Source: Octopus sinensis
Lineage: Eukaryota
Length of the DNA: 64,000 nucleotides
Direction of reading: 5' to 3'
Assembly: GCF_006345805.1 (NCBI RefSeq)
Contig: NC_043002.1
Coordinates: 36,022,001-36,086,000 of the forward strand
The notes beneath the pieces are model-generated. The model made no database searches. It was not told the DNA's origin and worked only from the letters and a program-made list of their open reading frames with translations. This document shows, one piece after another, positions 25,389 through 41,985 of this stretch. Both the position numbers and the translations under genes were made by a program. The stretch's first letter is position 1; each line of letters starts with the position of its first letter.

Positions 25389-26607
25389 TTGGGTCATCTC
25401 ATAAATAATGCAGTATTTTCAATTGAATGAACTAAAAGTTGGAAGAGGGTGGGATAAACTACCTGCATCAACTTGCTATAAAAACAGGTACTAATTTTAT
25501 CTTGTCCTTATTCTTAGTGTAAGTTTTGGAGATTGCAGTTCGATTTTAAAAGTTATTTTTTCAAAGCTATAATGGAAATAACAATAGAGCATATTCGGCA
25601 CATTTTGCTTTATGAGTTCAATAAAGGCAACAACACAACAGAAAATGCAAGGAATATTAATGCAGTATATGGAGATCAGACAATAAATGTAAGCCAGTGT
25701 CAACAGTGGTTCCAGAAATTTCAAGCCAGAAACAACAGCCTAGAAGATGAGCCTTGCCCTGGAAGATCTGTAGAGCTTGACAATGATGTCCTGCAAACCC
25801 TGGTAGAACAAAATCCCATTTTAACTGTTGAACTAGCAGAGAAGCTTGGATTTAGTCATTCAACCATTCATCGACACCTGCATGCTATTGGAAGTGTCAG
25901 CAAATTGGGTCAATGGGTTCCTCACAAACTTTCTGAGTCTAATCACTCAAAGAGTAAATGTGTGCTCTTCTTTGTTGTCACCTCTCACAAATGAACCTTT
26001 TTTGGACCAAATAGTGACTGGTGATGAGAAATGAGTTCTCTATAAAAATGTCAAGCACCAAAGACAGTGGGTAGGGAAAGGAGAAATACCTGCACCCCAG
26101 GCTAAAGAAGGTCTTCACCTACATAAGGTGTTGTTATCTGATTGGTGGGATATGAAAGGTTTAGTCCACTAGAAACTTTTAAATCCAAACCAAACAATAA
26201 CAAAGGAGATCTACTGTGAGCAGCTTGAGCAGATTAAGACAGCACTAGAAGAAAAACAACTGTCTTTGGTTTCAAGACGAAAAGTGTTCTTCCATTGGGA
26301 TAATGCTTGGCCACATACAGCAAGGATGACATTCCAAAAGGTGGAACAGTTTGAATGGGAAACGATGCCCCACCCACCATATTCATCTGATTATCATTTA
26401 TTCTGTAGATGAGGTCAGAATAGTACTGGAGGAATATTTTTCATCACAAGTGAATTTTGGAAGAGGGGCCTTGCAAATCTATCAGATAGATGGAAGAGCA
26501 TTGTAGAAAATGAAAGAGAGTATATTTTAGATTAAAAAAGAACTTTATCTTAATTTTGAAAAATAAAAGATGTATAAAAAAAATTCATTATTTATGGGAT
26601 GACCCAA
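25389..26607 (+). mobile_element. Near full-length degenerate mariner (DD34D) transposon, 1219 bp
   Basis: TA|TTGGGTCATCTCATAAATAATG ... CATTATTTATGGGATGACCCAA|TA. The transposase pseudogene spans 25572-26535 with WVPHKL, IVTGDEK, HWDNA and HPPYS..DYHLF, and carries frameshifts and stops. Confidence 0.93.
25572..26535 (+). pseudogene. Mariner transposase pseudogene
   Basis: MEITIEHIRHILLYEFNKG... HTH region. Frameshift after WVPHKLSESNHS, stop after TGDEK, and a short deletion inside the YSPDLAPSD motif. Confidence 0.9.
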
Positions 26608-26622
26608 TATATATATATATAT

Positions 26623-26661
<39 letters not shown>

Positions 26662-27099
26662 TGTAAGGTATAATATATATACAATGTAAGTGGGATTCAT
26701 TATTTAGGTGATTCTAGCGATTCACTTTTAATACACAGGTGCTATTATGCTTGCCTTTGTACTCTTTAACAGTACATTTACAGCTAATCATAGATAATTA
26801 ATATTATTGTTGTTGTTTGCTGTGGACATCTTTCTTTACATAGCTCTATTTAGGTGATTTCTTCCAGATTACATAATGGAAACATATTCTTTCCTTTTTT
26901 CAACAACAAGGAGCATTGGAATATTTAAACATTCACTCCATTACCTGGGTTGTAAAAGGAGGTTTGTTTTTAGATATCTTATTGTGTATATCTATTTTTG
27001 CAAACATCCATTTTGTTTTATTCACTAGTGGTTTAGTATGGCTTCCACTGCGGCAACAAAGAGGAGATCCTAGATGCAATGGTGGTAGCAATAAATATA

Positions 27100-28052
27100 A
27101 TCTCCCCTCTCCCTATTAAAGAAAAGAAAACAGAAAAAAATGTCAGTTAAAGACTGTTATAAATACAAACAACAACAATTTCAGGAACACAAAAGAAAAA
27201 GCGGTGAAAATACAGATTTGAACTACGTCGACAAAGGCATCAGCAAAAACAGCAATATATCTATTACTAGCCTTGCATCTGTTTTTCAAAACAATTAAGA
27301 ACAATTCCATATACCCTTGGAAGAGAAGCTGGAGGGAATTATGGATCTATGTATGATAGGATATATGCTCCCTCAACAGGAGCAGGGAGTGCATGCCTAT
27401 TATTTTAGCACTGAAGATGAAGCAAGATGGCAGGCAGGACTCAGGCACTTCATTCCTGCAGAGACTCCAAGCAGCATTTCTACTTTACCATCTTGCAGTT
27501 ATGGTGAGAAGATGGAATCTGAAGAAATGTAAGGGAAACCATCAAGGAAGTAAAAGAAGCAAGACCACCAGAATCAAAAAACGAATAAGCCCAGACTAAA
27601 GACAAGTAGGATATTCGAAGTCTCTCATGAAAAGCCCCAGTCCCTTTCCCTGGGGAACTTGGACTTCATAGCTCTCCAAACTGAAAACCTGGACCTAATG
27701 AATCTGCCAAGGAAGAAGCTAAGAAACAAGAGAAATGTTAATGCTTGTTGAGGAAGAAATAGGGGATAAGTATGTATATCTGATCACAAACTGATAGAGG
27801 GTTGGTGAAAAACCTCTGAACAGTCTAGCAAGAACTATAGAGTACTACTTTAAGGATGTAATAAACTGTATAGTTTTGCTAACATCAAAGATGCTCTTAG
27901 ACAGATTCACAGAACCTAGGTTGCAGACTCGTTGAAATCGCAATGTTTCTTAATTCTACCTAAATGGAAGCTTCCCACACATTTCTGGATGGGACATTAT
28001 GGAACAAAATGCATGATATTCAAAATGGAGGGTAAGGCAATGTATATATATA

Positions 28053-28110
<58 letters not shown>

Positions 28111-28850
28111 ATGCACCCGCCTGGAAACTTATAATACAACACTTGAGTGAGGCAATATAAGGATTACCGTTAAAGGATATTACTGAAAATGACTGCAGAA
28201 AACCATGTAGCAGTTGTGGAGCTGTGAACCATCATGAGTGCAGAAAGGATAGTCATGAGACAGACAGTGCAAAGCCTGAAACCCAGTTGTTATACATATA
28301 GCAATAACCACTTGAGTAACTAGAGAAGTTTAAGAAATGAAATCAGGAAAACAACAATAGCTGATTCCAAATGACCACCAGTTGCACCTTCAGTATAGCT
28401 CCAAGAACCAAAAGTAGAATACTAAGGGTCTCTGCCAGTCACAACCAGTTGTGTCCTGTTCTCTCTCCTCCATCAATGAAGTGGATAGGAAGATCAAGTA
28501 GAGATGGCAAATTGTTGGTTCACTTCACTCATTGAAGAAATCAAAACTAAGAAACACACCTCTCCATCAGAAACCATGAAGTTCACAGTACTGAGGACAT
28601 TTAAAAAAGACTTGAACTTTTTAATCAAACTGCAAGAGAAAATGAAATCAAGAAGGTACTGATTTATGAAGAAATGAGAGCAAAGTATTGAAGATACTTA
28701 AAAGATTGCTGGTGAAAATCATATGAAGTGTTTATTGGTATATGTACTGGAGATTTCAGCAGGATGTGAGCCTCTTTCTACCCACTCACTCCCAAACTAC
28801 TTATAGACTTGTTCATGATGAAGAAAATTTGAATAGCAAGTAGGCTGATT
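27100..28850 (+). mobile_element. Highly degenerate purine-rich retroelement-like segment (possible LINE ORF1/gag remnant)
   Basis: A/G-rich plus strand. CRKPCSSCGAVNHHEC at about 28195-28240 resembles a decayed CCHC knuckle. No continuous ORF. Confidence 0.25.
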
Positions 28851-29031
28851 CACGAGATACTTTAACCCATCCTAGCTAGAGGGTTTTCACATATAAGTAT
28901 GGATAATTTACTCTAAATGTTTTTCGTGTTTTTTTAATTATATTTTTTGTGACTTTGTTTTTATATAATTTATATCAATTTATCTCAAATTTTAACAAGC
29001 TCTTATATATATGTGTATGTATGTATATATA

Positions 29032-29610
29032 TCATCATCATAATTTAACATCTGCTTTCGATGGGTTGGACAGTTTGACTGAAAACTGGTAAACCGGGGG
29101 GCTGCATCAGGTTCCAGTCTTATTTGGCAAAGTTTCCACAGATGGATGCCCTTCCTAATGCCAACCCCTCCAGGTGTGTAGTGGATGTTTTTTATGTGAC
29201 ACTGGCATCTGCCATGACTACAGTCTCACTTAGCTTGACAGATCTACACAAGCATGGTATATTGCCAAAGGGCTCGATCACTTGTCACTGCCTCCATGAG
29301 GCCCAATGCTCAAATGGTGCTTTTTACATGCCACCAGCCACAAATACAATTTCACTTGGTTCAACAGGTCTTCACAAGCACAGCATATCGCCCAATTATT
29401 GAAGGGTGCTTTCAACGGGCCAGTTATATGACATTGGCATTGGCCACAACTACGATCTCACTTGGCTTGAATCACTGCCTTCATGAGGCCCAATGCTAGA
29501 ATGGTACTTTTTACATACCACTGGCATGGGTGCCAGTCAGATGGCACTGGCATTGGCCACAACTACGACTTCGCTTGGTTCGACAGGGCTTCTCAAGCAC
29601 AGCATGTGCG
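29032..29610 (-). mobile_element. RTE LINE 3-prime UTR/tail with modular internal subrepeats
   Basis: (CAT)n tail and GGATGCCCTTCCTAATGCCAAC, then repeated TGCTTTTTACATGCCACC and CTACGATCTCACTTGGCTT modules. Same family as 40845-41400. Confidence 0.7.
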
Positions 29611-29867
29611 GAATTCATTCATAAACTCCACACACAACATGGACAAAAAAAAGTTTCTTTAGAAAATATGTAATTAGAATAATTTTAATGTCATGATTAG
29701 CAAAAGCGAAACCAGTCAACAAACACAATATAGAATATATTAAAAAATATATTAGAACTATGAAAAGTGTGTGCATTTTCCTTCTTTAATTTTCTTTTAT
29801 ATATTATAACTCACCACATACGGATAATCAAAAAATTCCTACCTTTCTGTTACTGTGTTTATATATG

Positions 29868-29902
<35 letters not shown>

Positions 29903-29904
<2 letters not shown>

Positions 29905-30053
29905 CGTTAGGAAGGGCATCCAGCTGTAGAAACATTGCCAGATTAGACTGGAGCCTGGTGCAGACTTCTGGCTTCCCAGAACCCCGGTCGAACCGTCCAA
30001 CCCATGCTAGCATGGAGAACGGACGGTTAAACGACGATGATGATGATGATGAT
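29903..30053 (+). mobile_element. Young 5-prime-truncated RTE-type tail ending in (GAT)n
   Basis: GGCGTTAGGAAGGGCATCCAGCTGTAGAAAC...CCATGCTAGCATGGAGAACGGACGGTTAAACGAC(GAT)n, with CpGs intact. Confidence 0.75.
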
Positions 30054-32490
<2,437 letters not shown>

Positions 32491-32763
32491 GTGTGGTGTG
32501 TATATATGTATATGTCCTTATCTATACTACATACACACGGACGGGGTGGAAATAAAGAAATTATCATTATTATTATTATTATTATTTCTGTCATTTTATC
32601 AGCACTTGTAAGTCCCTTAAAAAATTTAGACGTATAGGCTGAAACTTCTGCATAATAATTGTCTGTTCTTCATGAAATTAAAATGCACTGCTATTTATCC
32701 AAAGGGTTGAAACTGATTCTGTTATTCAAGTGATTATTTACTGTGATAGTGTCCCTTTTACAG

Positions 32764-32887
32764 ACCCATTTGATCTGTATAGTCCCGGAGTACTTCAATT
32801 TGGATATCACAAAGCCTGTCGAAGTGAACTTGGTGGTCAGTTGCTGTGGTAAGCGAGGTGAGCCACGCCAGTTTACCTATCAGCCTT
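32764..32887 (+). CDS. NFAT5: NFAT5-like exon G: IPT C-part (THLICIVPEYFNLDITKPVEVNLVVSCCGKRGEPRQFTYQP)
   Basis: cccttttacag| ... T|gtaagt; matches recalled NFAT HLIVKVP...FTY-P. Confidence 0.93.
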
Positions 32888-33393
32888 GTAAGTATAAGCT
32901 TTTTTCTATGTTTTTGTTGGTGTTCCCAGTTATTGCCAGTCTTTCAGCCTCCTTCTCACTGTGGCTGAAATTTCCTCTTAAAGTTAGACGGTTAGCTGTA
33001 TAATCAAGCCAAATTTCATTAGTTAATTAAAATTTTTTAGACATTTAATGATATATAAATTTATTTTTTTTAAATGATTATTAGGTTTCTTAATTAAATT
33101 ATTTGTTTCTGTTTGCTTTCTATAAAAAAGAAAAATGGACTAAAAAGATTTCTGCTCTCTTATAAAAAAAACAATATTGAAGCAAAATTTTAGAATTTTA
33201 GTTATGAAGTGTTAGATTTATAAAAATGTTCTTCATAAAAGATATCTGCAAATATGTAGATTGGCATTACTATAATTATTGTATTGAATATAAATATTTT
33301 TTATAATCTATTTCATACGAAAATTTTTCCTGAGTTTTCATGTTGGTATTTATAGCTAAAATTTGAGAATCTGGACTGCAAGTGATATATATA

Positions 33394-33444
<51 letters not shown>

Positions 33445-33447
33445 ATG

Positions 33448-33507
<60 letters not shown>

Positions 33508-36292
33508 CATATATATGCATATGTATATGCAGTGCAGCAATGTTTTTCCAGACATCCAGCGCAAACTTTGCTCTGCATGCTGTTATTAATGCATTCTCCT
33601 TGACACACTTTATAATTTGCTTGCTTACCAACATGAAAGTGCTCAATCTGCCTGTTTAGCTTCCCAACTATACAGCTACAGTGTTAAGGATGGCACTTTG
33701 TTGAGTGTTGTCGCATTGATAAGTGATACCATCATTTCAAGAGAGTTTCAGCAATTTCTATTGTAATAGTTAACTTATAAAATCTTATCATGACAGCACT
33801 TGACATAGGCTGGTTTTTGTTTTGAGTTTATTTTCTTTTCTTACGTTTTCTTTTTGTCCCTTGCTCTAATTACATTAGATCTAAAATGGCTCAAGCAAAC
33901 CTACTTTCAGTGTAGATTTTTTTTTTTTTCCTTAACTGTATCCAGTAAACCTCTTAAGTGAAATTTCAGACTTAGGCCAGAAGTATAAGGAAAGGGAAAG
34001 GCAAGTTAAAGAATTACAGTAGAACTCACTAAGGCTATATCATGTTTTCTACGAAAGGAATTTGAAAGATCCTCCTTTGTCCCAGTACTGAATAAAGTGG
34101 TGTTAGCAAACACAAAATAGATAAGTGGTTTAATTATCCAGATTTCATGGACCCTTTCTTCTTCAATTGAACTGCCATGAACTGCCAACTGGTTCTGTAG
34201 TAATTTATTTAAACAATTCTAAGTTGGCAATTAATGTCTATACAAGGTCAGGACCATTATAGAACAAAATCATTCTAAGTTGATGATAGTGACTCGACCA
34301 GTCAGAAAATAGTGAAATTATTTGTAGTCCTCTCCTTTCTTGATGTTGGAATTTGAAAAGAAAACCTTTTCTCACTTTTAAGTATTAAGAGTGGGCAAGA
34401 TAATTTAGGATATTTTAGTCCAAATTCTATTTAACCTACTGTCACTTTAAAGAAATAGTTTTCAAAATGTTTATGTTTATGATAAGCAAAGAAAATATTG
34501 ACATACTCTTGACTGTGTAAATTTATTTTACATGGTCATCCTGAATTATAACTTCTGCTTAAGATTTACAGAACTTTTTAGCACAAATGGTATTAGGTAG
34601 AGCAAGGGAACCAATGGATCACTTATGCTTTGATCTGCTAGAACCTGCATTGTTCTACATAACACCCTCTCCTTGACATGTTTACTACTGTTTTCAAGAG
34701 ATATAAACAAATATCTGGACACAGCAACAACTTAATAGAACAATACTGCAGCTTTATAACTTTTACTTGCATTGCATGAACATAAATTAAACATATACAC
34801 CAAAAGGAGCTGCATAATAATAATAATATGGCCTCATATAGGTGGAATTGTTGAGTCGTTTTTAACTAGGTGTAGTCTGACCTGCATCATAGGAATCCCA
34901 TTAAATATGCCACTTATTGCTGATGTGATGTTATGTTATTAATTCACAACTAATGGATGACTTGGTTAATTTAGAATTTTAAATTAGAAATGTGAGCTCC
35001 AAAACGATTTTGTATTCTACAATTAGTTCCTGTGTTGCAGCTTCAAATATATTATTGCATTAATTTACTAACTTAATATAATCATCCTAAATGCATGGAT
35101 TCATTATGTAGTCCCTATACATAATGTTGAAAGCCATTGTTTCAGAAGTTTTGGAGAAACTGTATGTTTCAAGTAAAGAGTAGAGGAAAATGCTCTCTCA
35201 CTGAGATAAATTTCATGGAGAAGTATAGTTATTGTTGTTACTGTTTAGTCCCAAGAGAGTCCTGGAGTCCTGACCAAGTAGACCTGTGGTCAAAAATGTT
35301 CCAGTATTGACCATCCTATCTTTTTTTCTATGGTCTTAGTGTATTTAGGGACACATTATCCAATGTGTATATGTTTATGATTTGAAGAAGATTTGGATGC
35401 TATTTCTAGCAGGCTGAACAGCTGCATCAAGGTGTCCCTCTGATTTCTATGAAGTGTTAATAATGTGTGGCTATTGAAATTTAGGTAGTTTTCTTCTATA
35501 AACCAGACTGTAGTATTTATCAACATTATTTAGTAAAATTCTGTATTTATTAAATGTCTTTATATTTTGGACTTCCAAAAGGATTCAGTCCTCACTATGT
35601 GTTGCAAACATGCAAGCATGTACAATATTTAGCAACAATCTTTTAAGACTTCAACAAGCATAAAGAAGTGTTTGTTGTATCTTTTTCATATGTTCTTGTC
35701 TCAGGAATTTCTTTTCATCTTCTTTGTGTTACTAATTTCCTCAGTTTCTCTCATATTCAATTTTCTTCTAATACTGTCCTCTACTAACAGCTGCTGGTTG
35801 TATCGGTTAGAATTAAAGATTCACTTACTTCCCTTTAGGTTTACTCACTTATTTCCCTTTAACATTGCTCTCTTTTATCTACCCGTCCTAATGTTGGTGA
35901 GAAAGGAACCTGAAAAGGATAACAGTGCTTGTTAAAAACTGAAAAATTGTCACCAACTTCCTTTAAATATTAGAAAGTAACATGGCATATTTCATAACTT
36001 CTGTTATATTGCCCCATACATTTGATGCTGATGAGAAGAAGATAAAAACAAATCCGAAACTGATAGAAAGATAAGCATTTTTAGCAGGTATTTACTTGTT
36101 TTCAGTACTTCAGTATTTTCAGTATATTAACCACTTACACTAGTTAAACTTAAAAGTTTTAGTTCTCATCAGCTCTGTTTAAGTAATTTCTGTAAGAGTT
36201 TACCACTATCACTGAACAAATGAAGGATTATGTTAAAATGTTGCCTCTAGCTTGTTTTGAATTTTCATACTAACATACATACATACATGTAT

Positions 36293-36350
<58 letters not shown>

Positions 36351-36529
36351 ATATGTATATGTATAACAGCATAGATACATACATATAAGCACATGTATAT
36401 ACATATTTTCGGGTATTCTTTTCTCATTTTGTTAATTAGTAGTCTTAGTATTTACTTGAAAAGACCGGTTTTGGTGTCTGTGACAAGTAGAGTACCAGGT
36501 CGAATGGTTTGCTGTATCCTATGCAGTGC

Positions 36530-36690
36530 TTTACAGTGCTGAGTTTAATTCCTACCAGAGTCCACTTTGCCTTTCATCCTTCTAGGGTTGATAAAATAAG
36601 TACCAGTGATAAACTGGGGGTCGATTCAATCGACTATACCCTTCCCCTTTCATAAAATTGGCTTCGAGCCTAACAAGAAAATATTTCTTG
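36530..36690 (+). mobile_element. S1 SINE copy (partial)
   Basis: GAGTTTAATTCC...CACTTTGCCTTTCATCCTTCTAGGGTTGATAAAATAAGTACCAG...GGGGTCGATTCAATCGAC. Confidence 0.75.
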
Positions 36691-37703
36691 TGCAAGGAAA
36701 AAGTTAACCAGCTTTATAGTATATGTAAACAGAGGATTGCTTGAGCCAAACATTTTTTTTAAACGTATTATTTCACTTTGTCGCCCCATTTTCTAAATCG
36801 CCAAATGACCAAAACCTTTGTGACTTGAACCATGTCTGACAAACCATTAGATTTCAGCATGTTGTATATCTTACCATCATCACTTTCTTCATCTGCCAGT
36901 CCATCTAGAAAAGTATAGTAAAAATTTTGCTTTTCAGAATGAAAAAAAATACTTTATCAAAACACTATGAACTTTAATCTTGTCTGACCTTAATTTTTAC
37001 ATTTTCTTCTCCTTTATATTAAAACTTTTACTTAGAAAATATTAATTATAATAACTACTATTTACATATACATGCATGTACAGATACACAATCAGACAAC
37101 AAACATATACATACATATGCACATGCATACACACGTATATATATATAGACATGCACATATTATGTGTATATATATAGTATAAATAATTGAGAGTGAGTGT
37201 AGATATGTAAACATGTATTTAATTAAAACTGAAAATCTGAAACTTCACTGCTATTACCCTTGAATTTTCCCTTTTTTTCAAATAGTTATAGGTTATAATA
37301 AACATACAATTATATACATTGTAATATTGCATCTCTATATGATGAAATATCACAAAATATTTCAAAAATAATCATAAAATTTGATTGGTGGTTGCAATCA
37401 TATATTTTTCACTTTTACATTTTTAATAATTATATCACACCATTCATAATTTTATATGAAAGGTCTCTCAAAGCATTTTCCAGAACCAGTCAACTTTTAA
37501 AATTATTTTTCAAATATTTTGTGACATTTCATTTGGTACTTCACATTATGTGTTTATAAATGTATGTTCACAGTTAACCCACTACTATCCGAAGAACTAA
37601 AAGGTTAAATTCAATTGTAATAATAAATGTTTCAGTCTCAAATTTATTATTGCACTTTACTATTTTTCTCTCTTGTTTGAATGTAATTTATGTACAGTCA
37701 TAC

Positions 37704-37760
<57 letters not shown>

Positions 37761-37844
37761 CTGATGATTGTACAGGAGTTCTTCAAGGGCATTGAGTTTC
37801 ATTCCATCAAATTATATATATGTATGTGCATGTGTGTCTGTGTG

Positions 37845-37904
<60 letters not shown>

Positions 37905-39550
37905 TAATCTTTATACATTTTCATGACACTAAATGTCATGTTAAAATAATTCATTTGTCAGATGGATGTGATTCAAATAAAAGTTTTCTTTTGAAAGGCA
38001 GTTTTAGTCAAAATTGATTTTTGTTTTCTTTTATTTGAATGAAGCACCATGTTGGCAATTTTCATTTGGGCATGGTAAAATGTCATTGGAAGATGGTGTC
38101 ATGCATCAGGTTTTTATGTACATGCATATATGTGCACTGGTACTGACCAACAATAGAATATTATGCAATCAGTTTGGTTCAATCATTTTATGAAAATTAG
38201 CTAAGAGAAATTTTTTAGCATGTCTGTATTTAGTTCAAATTTCAGACCTTTTATTTAAATAATTATTGTAACTTCTGAGTTTATTTAAAATAAAAAGAAA
38301 ATAAAAACTTTGCTAAAACACGGGGGTTGAAAATGTTAGAATGAACCATTTGTGTATAGTTTGTTTTGGTTTACTACATCCAGAATAATATTAAAACTGT
38401 TAATTCTCTTATTTCTCAATTCCCATATATTGCTCAGAAGACCTAGAGATGAAGCATAATTGGGGTAGTACTTTTGAAACTTCCTTTAGTCATTCTTATG
38501 TAATGATTTGTGGATATGTAATTACTACTACTATTATTACTTTGACTTTACTTTAATAGATTATATAATTGCTTTTCCATTGCAGTTTTATTTGGGGGAG
38601 CATAACTCTTATTTTTTGCAAGTATACTTTGTATTATCTTCCTTGAAATTAGTAGTAAGTCATTTGGATATGATATCTTTTATAATGGTTTTATAACTGC
38701 AGCTGGTCTCGATTGTGTTACTATTCAATAACTTCCACTACCTTTGAGTCTATTTTAAATAAATCAAGGTTTAAACGATAACTTGAATAAGAAGTCTGAA
38801 TTTTTTTGTAAATGCAAACATATTTACATTTTATTTCTAGCCAATTTTGATTGAATAATGGAACTTGACTAGATGCATATTCTCTATTGTTGATCTGCAT
38901 GTGCAGATATATATGCATGTATATGCATCCACAAACATCCTTTTCTATAGACCTTTCACCACCATGAGCATACCCATACAAAAATTAATGGCACAGTACT
39001 ACAGATAAGGAACACTTATATAAAAAAAAGATCTCATTTGAATTACATCTATTCAAAGAAGGCTCCATTGAGCATGCAAATTAAAATCTTGGAAATGTAA
39101 TAATTCTCATTTACCATGGTGAATATTATTATATTTCCACACTTCATGATCTAATCTTCATGAAATTACTTTCAAATTATTATATATATATATATATGTA
39201 TGTGTGTAGACACACATTTACACATTCATGTAAGTAGAGTTTAAATGGTTGTCTAGTTAAAGGTGCTGGACTATCAGCTCAGGCATCATTAGCTGAAATC
39301 TAATGCAGATGCTGTGTAGAGTTCAATTTCCTATTTGAACAATTTTACTTTATTTAGTCCTCATGGTATCTAGCTTGCAACCTGGTTAATAACAGGCTTT
39401 GCTCAATGCTACATGAAAGAGAGTTTAGTAGTGAATCAAACACATGATGAGGACATAGCTAAACACAATGCCAACACACATATGTATGCATGCACACACA
39501 CACACTAATGCAGGTGTTCACAGATATTCATATATTCTTGTACTCACTTT

Positions 39551-39590
<40 letters not shown>

Positions 39591-40844
39591 AACTTACATT
39601 TATATTCATCTACATGCACATTTATATGCACATGTAAATGTGCATGTGTGTGTATATATATATATACACACACACACATATACACACACAACTTTCATTT
39701 ATATTCATCTACATTCACTCTTACATGCACATGTAAAAACATACATTTATGTACACTTTTATATGCATATATATCCATGTATGTATTCATTTTGTTTCCC
39801 TTTACATGCACATAAATATAGATACAAATTTATTGCCACATACATTCATGTGCACACATACACATACATACAGAATTTAGTCCTTTTTATACCCGCATAT
39901 ATAGGGAGATTAAATGTTTGACTGAATAAGCTGTTTGACTACCAGTGCATGAGTTTTCAATTCAAATCCACTGAAGGTATTTCATTGCAGATTTGGTCAG
40001 TACACTTTATTCTTCATGCTTCACATCAGCTGCTTATTAGCAAAAGGTATCTGGTGATGAAATAATATTGCCTAAAAATGGTTGATAAACTATCTAACAA
40101 GATCTCTTTCCTCCTTCTCTTCTTCTCTTCAATTAACAATTTCAAACCAAAACTAAACATTTTTTATAAACTGTTCAAGACTTAAGAGATGAAACCAAAA
40201 TACAAACACAAATAGAGCTGTGTACATATACATATATATATATATATATAAATAGGGAGAGTTTACGAAAAAAACAAAAGACGAAGACAGGTGGTGTACA
40301 AAACAAACTGATGTATTAGTATAACGCTCAGGAATAGAAAATGTCTTTATATATATATATGTATATATATATACAGGTTTATTTGTGTATATGTATACAC
40401 ACACCAATCTACTTATCTTCCTACCAAAGTGACTACTCGTCATTTGATTTGCTGGAAATGACAACCAGCTCTCTCTATCAAAATGTTTTAAAACTGATAG
40501 CATATATTAGATAATGTAAACCTAAATATAGAATACATGGAAAAGGAGATGGTGTGGTCACCATAAGAATACCCTTGATCAAATTGATCCTTACTCAGAT
40601 TTTCATAGGGACTAAGCAACAACAACAATATAAATATCTATGAATATAGATACATACAAATACATAAATTCAAATACATTGATATGTCTCCTTTCTTCAC
40701 TCTATGATGGTTTTAATAAAATCTCTGAAAAATGTAAATATCCCCTAGGCCTCAAGGGATTTTAAGAGCCAATTTGGTTCCAGTTTTGTAGCACCAAGTG
40801 GATGAAACACAAAAATCTTTCCACCAAATAAGATACCAGTCATC

Positions 40845-41590
40845 ATCATCATCCTCATTATTGTCGTTTAATCTCTGCTTTCCGTGCTGGCATAGGTTAG
40901 AAGACTTGACTGAGGACTGGCAAGCCAAAAGGCTGCACGGGGCTCCAATCTGATCCGGCAAAGTTTCTACAGCTGGATGCCCTTCCTAATGCCAACCACT
41001 CTGAGAATGTAGTGGGTGCTTTTATGTGCCACCAGCACAAGGGCTAGTGAGGCGGTTCTGGCAACGGCCACGCTCAAATGGTGCTATTTGCACTGTCTGG
41101 CAGCACTGGCAACGACCATGCTCAAATGTTGATTTTTCACATGCCACTGGCCAACAATCACACTTGAATGGTGCTTTTTATGTGCCACAGGCACAGGAGC
41201 CAATCAGCAGCCCTAGCAATGATCATGGTCAGATGGTGCTTTTAATGTTCCACTGGCACAAATGCCAATCAGGTGGTACTGTCATTGGCCATGTCAGCGA
41301 TTTTGATTCTGATTTCAGTTGCCTCAACAGGTCTTTAATGTCCAATGAATGAGGGGTACTCATAAATGGGCTGGTTACACCCACTGGCATAGGCCACAGG
41401 TACATGGTTTGCACAGCTCTCATTAACCATTCATCTATCCCTAGTTTTCTCATTGGCCACCAGATCAGGGATCGGGGGACCCTGTCAGAGGCTTTCTCCA
41501 TATCAACAAAAGCCAAGTAAAGAAATTTATCTTTGGCTAGGTATTTCTCCTGCAGCTGCCTTACCAGAAATATAGCTATAATTGATAACA
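40845..41590 (-). mobile_element. RTE-clade LINE remnant: RT fragment joined to 3-prime UTR and (GAT)n tail
   Basis: Minus ORF 41229-41591: IAIFLVRQLQEKYLAKDKFLYLAFVDMEKASDRVPRSLIWWPMRKLGIDEWLMRAVQTMY (RT motif FVDxEKAFD). An internal deletion then jumps to the 3-prime UTR. Confidence 0.88.
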
Positions 41591-41775
41591 TTCTTTGATG
41601 ATTTCATACTTATAGTTCTAGTGATAGGTAAAGGAAGCCACTGGAAAATTAAGTGTTCTTCACAGAAACAGTGAAACCCTTCAAATGGATTTGAATCCAT
41701 AACCTTTCAGCCAACAGTCTGACACCATATCTACTCAACCATTTAACATTCTATTTATAATATTACAAGTATTAT

Positions 41776-41985
41776 AAGGCAGTGAGCTGGCAGAATCATT
41801 AGCACCAGGTGAAATGTTTAGCAGCATTTCATCTCTCTTTATATTCTGAGTTGAAATTCCGCCATGGTCGACTTTACCTTTCATCTTTTTGGGATCAATA
41901 AGATAATTACCAGCTGAGCACTGGGGTTGATTTAATCTCCTTACTCTTTCCTGCTGGTTTTTTACCAAAATTTGAACGTATTATA
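41776..41985 (+). mobile_element. S1 SINE, full-length
   Basis: AAGGCAGTGAGCTGGCAGAATCATTAGC...GAGTTGAAATTCCGCC...CTTTACCTTTCATC...CCAAAATTTGAAC. Confidence 0.8.

Noticed and set aside
33660-33770. Possible phase-1 exon after cctgtttag (SSQLYSYSVKDG...FLL*)
   Set aside because: Poor pyrimidine tract, no donor or homology, and an open frame of this length is expected by chance.
40250-40347. Fragment resembling another Penelope-type pLTR (GACGAAGACAGGTGGTGT...)
   Set aside because: Recalled similarity only; it is truncated before any hammerhead core, so it cannot be supported.
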